A DNA stretch of 63,455 bases, filler included, from Octopus bimaculoides (taxonomy: Eukaryota): NCBI RefSeq assembly GCF_001194135.2. It is 4 parts of 4 records of this genome, joined end to end, with 100 filler letters (N's around TTAATTAATTAA, not from the genome) between each part and the next. Parts side by side here need not be neighbours in the genome. Positions count along the whole stretch, not along the records: positions 21,715 to 48,900 come from NC_068998.1; 3 more parts are not named here. The stretch is one strand, 5' to 3'. The notes beneath the pieces are model-generated. The model had not been told where the DNA came from and made no database searches. It was given only the letters and a program-made list of their open reading frames with translations. Below, piece by piece: positions 24,726 to 37,200 of this stretch (its first letter is position 1; each line of letters opens with the position of its first letter). The position numbers and the translations under genes were made by a program.

Positions 24726-27700
24726 CTTTGAAAATATATAGAATAACAACAGTATTAATCATATTGGAAGATAAAAATTCTTTAAATTTACATAACTGAG
24801 ACAAATACAGTTACACTGCTAAGGGTTTCTATAATGAAAACTTTGTAATAACAATGATAGTCTATATTTAAAAAGGAACAAATCTGAGACTGAGGAACAT
24901 GTCAAAGAAAAAGAAACACTAACATTTCTATATAGTTTAAAGAGAAAGTATAGCAAATTTAACTTTTTCTTTTCAAAGCACTGGCAACAGGTGGGTAGAA
25001 AGGTAGAAGAGGGGGGGGACAAAAACTTCATGCATTATTCTAGTAGAAAGCAGTACATCGTAATATGAAGTTATTCTCAGACAAGAAACCTGCTCTGAAT
25101 GTTTGCAATAGTGTGAACCATTAAAAGATACCTAAGGGGCAGGTGCTAATTTAAAGCAAGAGAAAGGTTAAGTGGAACTGCAGATATACCAACAATCATA
25201 GCCACCAACTCACGGCCCGTATGACATGATATGCACTCCTCCAGCCCCTAAAAGTCTAGCACTGGTCAGATTTTATTCTTTTCCAGCCAGACTATTGCCA
25301 CCATCAGTAACACACCCTTCTTCACTTCCTCATTCTATAATATAGAAATAACCCTCCTCTATCCATCTGGCCACTTTTCTCTCAAACTCATTCCTAGCCT
25401 CTCCTTTCAGGAATGTTTTCATAGTAGCTCACTGTTTCTCATCATGGAGGGTTCTTCCTTCCAAAAGTACTCCACCAGCCATTGTTTGCCATCAAACGCA
25501 GCCCAGAAGTCCTTATCTTCAATCTTGTATGCAGTATTTCTTCCCTCAAGAATAGGTTGCTCAAAGTATTGCTTGGTGAACTCAAACCAGAACAATGTGA
25601 TTAGAACTTGAATTCGTCAGCTAAACAACTATGCCCGTACCAAAACATATATAGACTATGAGGAAAGAATTTACCCAGATACAGCTTCTGCATGAAGGAC
25701 TAAGTAGATGTAGAGAGACAAAATATTAGCGTCATTATAGCAGGGGAGAGAATTCTGAAGTATAAAAATTAAACAAGGCATCCATTGTGGAGCAAGTGAC
25801 TTTTGTTAAGTTTATCTTAATAGACCTCAGTAAACCATAGCCTTGCCAGTGCTTACTACATCCTAGATGACAGCAACAAAGATTTTGAATGAATAAACAA
25901 GCTATGGATAACGTCTACAGTGAACACAATTTACAATGTTAGCCAATTTTGATAAATTCATCATTTTCATCATTAGTGTTTCAACAGCTATTTTTCCATG
26001 CTTGCACGAGTCACATGAGACTACATGGAGGCAGAATTTTCTATGGCTTGATGCTTTGGCTATCACCAACCCTCACCCAAGCAAAGTAACATTACCCCTA
26101 GTCTAATCAAACAATAAACAGCCCAGACATGCTTCCACATAAGATTGCAAACAAATAATACAAAATGTATGAAGGGTAGTGTTTTCTTTAGAATAAACAT
26201 GTACATATCAAGACAAAGGAAATACACAGTCAGTCACACAAGCACATACATAATGGTTTTTTTCCAGTTTCTATCTACTAAATTTCACTCACAAGCTATT
26301 AGTCAACCTGTGGCTACAACAGTCAACACCTGCCAACAGTGTCCATACAGTTAGAGAAAACCCCAAATCATGTGGTTTTAAAGTTAACTTTTCAACCACA
26401 CAGCCAGCTTAGCACCCTATAACAGCCATGCTTGTGCCAAAAAGGGTAGCTTTAAGGGAGAAAGTTACTGACCTAACCCAAATGTTTGCAACAAAGACAG
26501 CTGCTAAAACAACACAAAGGTTATGTTTAACTAGGAAATGGATTATGTCTATCACCTAACATGGTGAAATAAAACCGTCCAAAATCTGGCAAATTTATTA
26601 AAATTGTAAAAATACTAATTACAAATTATAAAATAGCTTCGAATATTTCATGCAAATGTATAAAGATACAAGCAGATATAAAGCAAAGTCGATAAACAGT
26701 ACTGATTACATCAATCAACACCTACTTTAGCCATCATACGAACAGCATCCAATGGATAGGAGCCTTTGGCAGTTTCTCCTGATAACATAACACAGTCTGC
26801 ACCATCAAGAACAGCATTTGCAACATCACCAGCTTCAGCACGAGTTGGACGTGGTTTTTTCACCATACTTTCCAACATCTGATAAAATAAATTGAACATC
26901 TCTGTGAAATGTAAGAAACCTCAATAACAAAAAAATATTTACTTTATATATAAACTATTCTAACTTGGAAGCATACACAGATCTACCTGAATGCTTGCTA
27001 CAGAGTGAACTTTGCGAAAGATATGAATACAAGGGCCAACTGGCAGTGTTAAACCAGGCAAGAATAGAGATGGATCTCTTCAATAGGCAGCTTCCATCAA
27101 ACAAATTTCAATCACAAGGCTTTAGTTAATTCATGGCAACAGCAACTTAAATTATTTCTTCAAAACAATATTATAATTGATACTGGAACTGAATTCAGCA
27201 TGAATTAAATGTATCAACAGTACAATTCTTTTTGATAGCAAAATAAATAACAGATACAGAATTTTCAAAGGCTATAAAACTATAAAAATACACTTGATGT
27301 GTAAACTTGTGACAAATTAAGTTTAAATAGTTAACAGCTAATGTCCAAGAAAATATATAGATGTGAGCAAAAAAACAAGGATTTACTGAAACTAAATAAT
27401 TGAAAGGTTGACAAATGTCAGGTAAAACATTTGATTTAAGAATTATCTGATAATTATAGAATTGTCTGCATTAAGAGAAATAAAGAAAAGAGACTAAATA
27501 AACTAAAAGTAAATAAGATTGATAAAGCAGGCTGAATGAGTTTTCTAAATTGAAGATAATTTTAAGAGCTTCCTGGAGTTAAATGAAACATCAATTGCAA
27601 CTAGTATTCATTTTCTATTCCAGTAGGCTGAAATATTACATTTAATGTCTATGGAACATTCTGAACTGATAACTTTTGATCTGCAAACAAAACAATTTTA

Positions 27701-28171
27701 GTGGAAAGACACCAAACAATTATGTACATACACACCTGAGTGGCACAAATAACAGGTTTACCAGCTTTGTTGCATTTAGCTATCATCATTTTCTGAGCTA
27801 AAAACACTTTTTCAGGAGGAATCTCAATACCCAAATCACCACGTGCAACCATGACACCATCAGTTTCCTTCAAAATTTCATCAAAGCTGAAACAGAAGTA
27901 ATAAAATAGTCAAAGATTTTCAACAAACTAATGAGGAAACAAAAAATTAAATTTGAAATAATTACTTTTTCACGCCTTGATGGTTTTCAATTTTCACAAA
28001 AATTTTAATGTCTTTTCCTTTCTCTCCAAGAACTTTTCTGATTTCTCGAACACCTTCAGCACTTCTTATAAAAGACGCAAACACCATATCAACCTAAATG
28101 ACAAACCAATCAAATTTTGAGAAAGTGTTCAGATTTTGTAAAATAAACCAATATTCAAAATTAAATTCTGG

Positions 28172-28202
<31 letters not shown>

Positions 28203-31200
28203 TTTACATACGTCTTGTTCTACACCAAATATCAAATCTTGTTTATCTTTTTCTGATACAGCAGGCAAATCAACAGGAATTCCAGGTAAATTGCAACCTT
28301 TCTTACTACCAAGGTCACCACCATTTTCAATTTCACAATCCATATAGTCAGAACCTACAATTTAAAGATACCAAGTTTAACCAGGGCCTACATCTCACTA
28401 CCATGCATCATACAACCTTCCCTTCACTTGGAGAGAAAAACTTTTGGTAAAAGCTCTCTGAACTTTTTTCATCCTATTTTTATTCTAGCAATTACACTTT
28501 CTGTACAACCTCCTCCACTGTTAATTAGATCACCTGGGTAGCAAAAATTATCTACAACTTCCAGAAAGTCACCGGGACATTTAAGGATATCAGTTTCCTG
28601 TGTATCTGTGGTCTTTATAAATTTCATACATCTTCCAAATATGAACACTACTTTCTCTGTTAATCTTCCAACTATTCCACTGCACCTTTTGTGTGTCCAT
28701 GGCTTGCACTGGGTATACCAAAGGGAATTTCTGCCTACAGCCTTCCTACATATCAAGCCAGGCCACTTACCTGATGGGTGAAATGTCCTCTCTGATTTTT
28801 TGCTCACTAGGACCTTAGTTTTTGCTAAGTTTACTAAGATGCTTAGATTGCAAGTTCTGTTTCCACATCTGGAATTTCTTTTCTAATTGTGTTACAAATT
28901 CTGCTATGAGGGCAAGATCAGCAATATAGGTGTTGCCATGGGCTTCCAATCTTTAATTCCTCTGTTATGGCCTGGAGGAAGATGACGAATAGGAGGGGGC
29001 TGAGAACCAACCCTTGGTGAACACCAACTTGTACATTAAATTCATTAGTGTACCCATGGCCAATTCTTAACTTACTACCAGCACTCCTGTACTATAGTGC
29101 TTTCACAAGCCATTCATCTATCCCTAGCTTTCTCAAGGACCAGTATATCACAGAGTGGGGTACCCTGTCAAAGGCTTTCTCTAGATCAACAAATGCCAAG
29201 TACAATGGTTTGTTCTTAGCTAAATACTTCTCTTTCAGCTCCTGACTGAGAAAAATAAATGCAAATAAAAAAAGTAATATACTTTGTTTAATGTTATCAA
29301 GCTGGAAATAAGTGCTGTTCCTATTTTCAACTGATAAGGAATAACCAGCTGTAAAAGCAGTTAATGGTCAATGGCCTAGTGAGACCTTGGTAAATATAAA
29401 ATCCTCCAGTGGACCAAAACAAAGGAACCAAAATCAAGTTAAAGGGTCACTCATCTTTCTTAAACCAGTGAACACCAACTTCAGAGAAACTTATGAAAAT
29501 AGAATACTTCAAAGTATTCTATGAGAATAATTACCCACCAATATTTATGTGATGTTAAAAACATTTGTTTTTTTTATAAATGTTTTGCAATTTTTTTTTT
29601 ATTTTTGATAATTACACTCATAGTATTTCCATCTTCCTATTCTTCTCACTTCAGATAAATAAAAAAAAGCCATTTTCTTTCAATGCTGATAAATGCTAAT
29701 TCATTTCACCTTCAATTAACCAAACTCTTCCACAATCACTAATACACTAACCATGTCCCATTATATATCATTCATCTCTTTTCTCTATCGCAGCTTTATT
29801 TTTGATCAATACATTCTAACACAAATCAATCCAATGTGTTTATGATGATTAGAAGCACTGACAAATTTTTCAAGTTTTATGGTACTTCTATAAGAAACAT
29901 CCAAATAACATTTTGTTTTTAAGAGTATACAGATTCTAGGATTTCTAAATATAATACACTATAAAAATCAAGTAAAAATATTACCCATTTCTTTAACAAC
30001 AACAGAAATCAAGCCATCATCAATGAACATTCGAGATCCTTTTTTCATGACTTTGGTAATGTTTTTGTAATCAACATACAAAGTATTTTCATCACAAGAC
30101 TCCATAACACTTTCTTTTGTTGTAATCCTTATTTTTGCTCCAGTTTTCAAAGACACTTCAGCTGAGGGACCCTGAAAACAATTTTAAGTCATTAATAAGT
30201 ATTCAAAAACGTCAAAACAATTATCAAATGAAAACAAAACTGCATATACTTTCATTATCTATAGTCAATATTTACAACTAATATTCTGAAAATATCTTAG
30301 AAATTTAAGTATTCATCAAGTGATAAAGAACTTAATCAAGGGACATTCAAACCAATTAAAATAAATTAATACTACTTGTTCACATACCTGATGGAAAAGG
30401 CAGAATCCTAGATTTTCCAACAATACTAAATTGGAAATAAAGTTACAGAGCTAAACATTGTTGGATAGTTTTTTTATTTCCTAAATACTAACGAATTAAT
30501 TATCCAATATTAATTATGGTATATGCAAAATTCTTAATATAATAGCTATCTAATGCAGTAAATGTCAATTCAGATTTAGGCTATAACTACATACCCAGTC
30601 GGGCATGTAGTTATAGCTACTCACTACCTTAAGAGCATACTATCATAAGAGCTACTGATAGTTTCATGCTTTTATGTAACCTTAAATAGGCATATTTATA
30701 AAATACACTATGTCAGGCTCAATTTTTGTGCTAAATATATTTTAAAAACTAGGGCACTGGAAAGGGAGAAAATAAGAAAAACTAAGAAAAACATGAAGGC
30801 TGATGCAAAAAGATGGAACAAGAAGAAAGAAAGCAAGAAAACTAAGATCCCCATCCCCTCCAATTGCAGAAACCACAATTAATGCTGCTGGCACAGAACA
30901 AAGTAACAGAAAATGTATCAAAGTCTGTGAGACAGCAACTCAATCTGGAGCAGGTTGTGTCCTCCAGTTTGACAAAAGAAACCCATCAGTGTGTTTGCAC
31001 CTGCTAAAAATTTCAGATCTGGAATTAAGCAGTGTGTTGGAATTGTTGGATGTAAGAATATGAAATCTTTCTGCTATACATAATTTTCATTTCTTAGATC
31101 CATCAACATATGGTTTGGATTTCTCCAATTCATTGTATGTGGTGTCAAATTGGAGGACTCCACCCACTCTGGATTGAGTTCCTGTTTAACAAACTGACAT

Positions 31201-34200
31201 TTTTTTTATTCATTTGTTCTACACTAGGTGCATTAATTGTGGTTTTTACAATCAGGAAGAGGGGTATCTGAACTCGCTTTGCCATTATTTTATTCTCTCA
31301 CTGTCCAGCGTCTTAGTTTTTTAAATATATGTAATGCACAGAGCCTGAAAAATCACTTGGAGGTACATGGCGTATTTTATAAATACACCTATTTAAAGTA
31401 TGATAAACGCATAAAACATATTTTTTAGATGAGAGAGCTGATCACTTCACCTTGCCAGTTTAGAAGAATATGCTTTGCTAGGGTCAAATAAACTGAAAAC
31501 ATACCAGTTGCTTTCACTAGTTGGATTTAAAGACTAGATGCACTCTAATCTACATTGACTAATTTTATATGAGCAATTTTCCAACTCACAATATTAAATA
31601 TATGAAGCCTTTCTGTATTTGAATGCATACTATATCTAAAAATTAACCTATATAATGGTTGTAGACTACTGCAATCAACAGTGATTCCTGTGAACAATAT
31701 ATCAGCAATACAGAAACACCTACAATCACTATCTCTCCCATTGGTGTTACATGAACACAGAAACAAGATACTGCTTTGTTTTTGTTAGGTTTTAAGATTT
31801 ATAATTTTCTCCAGTTTTCAAATTTTCTAGAATTAATAGTATTAATATGACTAGCTGAAGATGGTGTTTTATGTGTATGTGTATGTGTAATTTTATTGAG
31901 CTCACGACAGTTTATTACCTTTCATGTAGTTGTTTAAGACAGAGGCCATGTGAATTCATTTGTTTTGCGTGNNNNNNNNNNNNNNNNNNNNNNNNNNNNN
32001 NNNNNNNNNNNNNNNNNNNNNNNNNNNNNNNNNNNNNNNNNNNNNNNNNNNNNNNNNNNNNNNNNNNNNNNNNNNNNNNNNNNNNNNNNNNNNNNNNNNN
32101 NNNNNNNNNNNNNNNNNNNNNNNNNNNNNNNNNNNNNNNNNNNNNNNNNNNNNNNNNNNNNNNNNNNNNNNNNNNNNNNNNNNNNNNNNNNNNNNNNNNN
32201 NNNNNNNNNNNNNNNNNNNNNNNNNNNNNNNNNNNNNNNNNNNCGCACGTGCGTGTGTGTGCACGTGCACGTGTGTGTGTGTGCGCATGTGTGCACGTGC
32301 GTATGTGTGCACGTGCGTATGTGTGCACGTGCGTATGTGTGCACGTGCACGTGTGTGTGTGTGTATACATACATACATATATGAATATTTATTTGTTGCG
32401 AGTGTCTAAAGTAGTAGTGACATGATGTAATGTGTCTGCAGTTAAGAGTTGTTGCTGTATATCATTTTGTAAAATGTTTGACAGCTGGTTTTGTAGTTTA
32501 TGCTTGATACAAATGTTAGGCAGTTTTTTGCTTTTGTTATTTGCTATTTGATGGCCAAGTTGTTGTAAGCAAATAGTTCTAAGAGAAATGAGAATTTGCT
32601 AACCATCTGGTTATGATAGCTAAATGTATAGAGCAGAATTTAATGTCTGTGGAAGGGTTAATGGAAGAGTTATTTTTGTATCATCAGAATGTATTGTGCA
32701 TATTGAAGTTTCCTCAATAATTGGAAGTCTTAAGATTGTTGTTTAGCCCCAAGGTAGCCCTGATCAAGCAGCTTTATGATCAAGAGCATTCTGTCACCAT
32801 CGCTTTTTTTTATGCGTAGGGTACCCAGGCCCATGTTATACAATGTGCCCTTTTCAAAGACAAGCATGATTTGATGGAAATTTGGTTGCTATTTCTAGCA
32901 GATAGAACCACAGAAACTTCTTTGTTGGTTCACAATACTCTGCAGCCTAAACAGAATGATTGATTGTGATACCTACATGTATATTATGTCTTTTCAGACA
33001 AACACAATAACAAAATTATCAACCCATGCAAGCAAAATTATCAACATCCTAAAAACTGTGTTGATATGCACACCAATGATGATAGGGGCAAAAGAACTAT
33101 TGCACTACAATCAAATCCACTCAACTGTCCTGCTATGGTCACAACCACATCCTACAGTAAAGCAAATGAGCCAATAAAATAGTATTTGGAATCACGAGAC
33201 TTGTTACGAATAGTAACCAAATCCCATCAAATCACAACTATTTTAAAGAAAAAATAAACAAAAGTCACAGTGCATAGTGTAGACCATGTTACTACATCTA
33301 AAAAGGATTTTATGTGCATGACTGAAAAGGTCATTAAGAGCAGACTTTGAGGATCTTATTGAGCTTCAAAAGTTTGCAAAAACAAATACCAAAATAATGC
33401 AACATGAATTGCTTTCATTGGCTCAATCTCTGGATTGTTAACCATCTACAATAAACCAAGGAATTAATTGTCACTCACTGACCAAATCAATTTTGCACAT
33501 TTTCACATAAGTTACTCATTTTTAATTTTTATAACTGAAGCCTTATCAGTCCTAGGTAATTTACAATTCAGCTGAAAAATAGTTTATTATAAATTTACAT
33601 TTCTAATCTTCTCAATAATTTTTAATTCAACTTACACCCTTGAGAAGACCTGTTCTTATCTCGGGTCCTTTTGTATCCAGTGCAATAGCAATTATCTTCG
33701 GTTTATCAAACTTCTGGGTAGCTTCTCTCACATTCTTAATAGTTTCACCATGGTACTGAAACAAACAATTTTTAACAGTAAAATATATATTTCTATGAAA
33801 TGTAGTTTTACATGTTAAGGTATTTATGGTGAAATTAACAGATATAAAGGAAAACATGGAGATGCCTTTCCAATATTCATATGTTTAGAAAAAAAAAAAA
33901 AAAGAGCAAAACATTAGGAGTTGAGGGTTAACCACTCTTTTACAGACTAAAAATTAGATTCATAGTGTAAGAGTTCTAAGTTGTAAAAACTTAAAATTAT
34001 TATTTTATATATTTGCTTAAAAATAAAATTAAAAGAAATGGGTTTTACGAGGGATGTTCCAAAAGTAAGACGAAAATATTTAAGGACACAACAACAGGGA
34101 AAGATAATGCCTATTTTTATTTCACTATCAGACTCAAAACATTTGAAACACCCTGCATGTGTGATTAAAATTATCGCAATAATTTTATGATTGAAATGAA

Positions 34201-37200
34201 TATTTAAAATGTTAAAAACAGAACTGATATTTACTTCATATGATCCATGAGAAAAATTAAGTCTGGCAACATCCATTCCTTCAATCATCATCTTTTTTAG
34301 AGAATCAACATCTTTGCAAGCTGGGCCTGAAAGTGAAATAAAATGTGTATATGCAGATACTATTATAAATTTTAAGATTCATTTTTTGTTATCTACCCAA
34401 CATTTAAAGCAGTGGTTCCCAAAGTGAGCAGTACTGCCCCTTGGCAGTGGAAAGATCCAGGGAGAGCATTGAAGAAAGCAGGGTGATAATGGGGTGGTCA
34501 AAAGTGGCAAAGGCTGTAAACAAAAAAAATAAATAATGGGTTAATTAGGTTAAATTTTATTTGTGAAATACAGTGGTTTTCAATTTGTTACAGAAAGTGG
34601 TCTATGTTTGTGGTGGTGAGTTGGGGAAGCACTAAGAACACAGCCTAGGTGCCAAGGGGGCAAAGCAGCCTGAAAAAGTTTGGGAACCACTGATTTAAGG
34701 CTTCACTTGCAAGAGAAATCCTAGATTCTTTTTTCCACCTATAAAGTCTGCTACCTACTACTCCAATAAGATCCATTGGCAATTGTTTGTTACTACATGT
34801 GTGCATTATGTAGAGTCAAGGTAGCTCTTTATAACATTTTCAACATTGTAAGAAGTTAGGAACTTAAGCCGAAAAGCAATGCTAAAATCAGATTAATCAT
34901 CACTATAAATTCAAAGTTAAATTTGAAAATTTCAGAGTTATTCTTAACATTAGCGGTACATACTGCTAATGATGAAAAGCCTATAAAAAAAAAGAAAAAA
35001 ATGAAGTTGATAATGTGTATGCTGAGTTTCTAAGGTAAATATTTTACAACCAATTGTATTCCATTTTCCCTCCCAAATGTAGCAAATCAGCATGACTATA
35101 ATGTCTTAAAATTACTATGAAAATTCATGCATTTACTTACTTGTATCAGCAGATAAATACTCCTGCTTGATCAATTAATCTAGGATTAGCATCATTTTTT
35201 TTTTAAAGACAATGAATAGATTTAGCAAACAAATTTATACCAAGCTTTTGATACCAAACCACCCAAAATTTCCCCTGGTTCTATAATACAAACTTGCTGT
35301 TTTAACCTTTAGTATTCAAATTACTCTGTGCAAGGTAATACTTGATTCATATTGTTTTGAATCAATTATATATCTTTTAACTTTAAGATTTTGATTATGT
35401 GATTGTTTATTTTTAGAAAAACATTGTAGGGTAGGTGTGATAAGCTAGATTTGGCCAGTTTAAACAGAAAACTGGTAGAATCTTGGGGCCTGATATGGCT
35501 GGTTTAGCCATGCTAAAGGATTAAAATTATCTAAGTTAATACCTATCAAAATTTCATGTTAATTTGTTCCAACCATTAGCTTAATAAAGTTATTTTACTA
35601 AATTCTTCATTATTTTTAAAATTAATTGAAACAGACAATATATGACAACAGAAATACAGTAACAAAAGGGCTAAAGACAGTCTAAGTACAAGTCTATTAT
35701 AGCAATCCCTCGCCATATTGTGATTCACCTTTCACGATTTATTATTTAAGCATAGATTCCTCCGTGGTGTTGTTTTACATTTATAATAAAATATATACAA
35801 ATTATAAAAATAATTTTTTAAATATCTACAGTACAGTACTGTTTCTACTTCATGGATTTTCACCTATTGTGGGGGTTTTGGGAATGTAACACCTGCCATA
35901 GTCAATGGATTACTGTACTACAAAGCTTTTCAAAGAAGCCACTCAAGTATTCAGCAAAACCTATTGAATAAAATAAACAACTGAACAGTAGATTGCTAAA
36001 AGTCAAAACATCTCTCATAAATGTGCTTGATCGCTTGCAACATATGACAAAACTATAGCCATGCCTACACAGCCAGCACTTGAAACAGTCAGTACTGTTG
36101 GTTGATTCAGTTAACTGCCTCACAACTAATCATTACTGTTATAGTAGGATCTCATTTTTCTTATAGTAACATGTAAAACTTCAATTAGCACAGATTAGCA
36201 GATAAAAATTCCCTCAAGGAGTGCTTACAAATCTAAAAATAAGAGAGAGAACTAACATCAATTGAATTTTTTTGGAGATATAGAAAATGTAGTGAAAGTA
36301 TTTAACAAAATGTGATTAAAACGGAATTGAATTTGTTCGTTTTTTTCTTAACATTTTAAGCATTCCTAGAGAGAAGTTTTTCTCAAATTGCCCAAACTTT
36401 CCCAACTCACTATGTAACATAAAACATTACACTATTTGCATTTTGTTTGCAAACTGCTCCCATCAGATATTTCCCATCTCCAGCCTTATTTCTCATTCCA
36501 GCACATATCAACCAATAACTATTTACCCATGGTTCATCTCACTATTAAAGTTCAGCTTCAGAAACTTTACTGATTCAACCAAACAACACTACTAGAGTTA
36601 CAAACTCAATCTAGATGTTCATGGTTCTACTTAATAAAATTGCTGTTTCCCTGTAATCTTTTTTTTTTTTAATCATTGCAAAATTGTTCATATTTAAATT
36701 GACCCTGAAGATAAAGTCATGCTGGAAATCTGTAGTAGAACACAAAGGTGAATCACTATCATAGCAGTTAAGTCCATTCAATATTGGAGCCAAAATCTGC
36801 AATTAAGGTGAACTACATTTAATATCAGACACATTACTGCTAAATGACCCAAATATTATCTTGCCATGCAAGTCCTACCTACTACTAGAGGATGTATATG
36901 AGCTGAAGCTCCATTATTCACTCCAGTGACCAACTTATCTTTTCAGCATTTGAAACAGCTGATCAATATCTATTGAAAGATGCAAAATCTCCAAAGCATG
37001 AATATTCCAAAAATATTCCTAATGTAATGTATCAGAACCATTTTCTAAAACTCTCAGCCCATACTGACAATTTGGTTAAATACATGAAAGCTGAGCTTGT
37101 CTTTGAACACAAGATTTCCAACCTTAGAGAAAAACCAATCTAAGTTATAAAAAAAATCCACAGCCTTTAAATTGGGTCTCTTCCCATCAAAGTAGCCTGC

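Noticed and set aside
28168-28211. Poly-T tract plus CAG inside the 118-nt PK intron as an alternative acceptor
   Set aside because: It is only about 44 nt from the donor, too short for a normal intron.
30803-31190. 86-aa + strand ORF and a following LDPSTYG...W motif as a transposase remnant or antisense gene
   Set aside because: Similarity is too weak to name a family, and there are no TIRs or splice support.
35140-35195. ATG plus a strong donor (ACAA|GTAAGT) in phase 1 as an alternative PK first exon
   Set aside because: In-frame TAA at codon 7, and it would bypass the conserved GIVCTIG segment.
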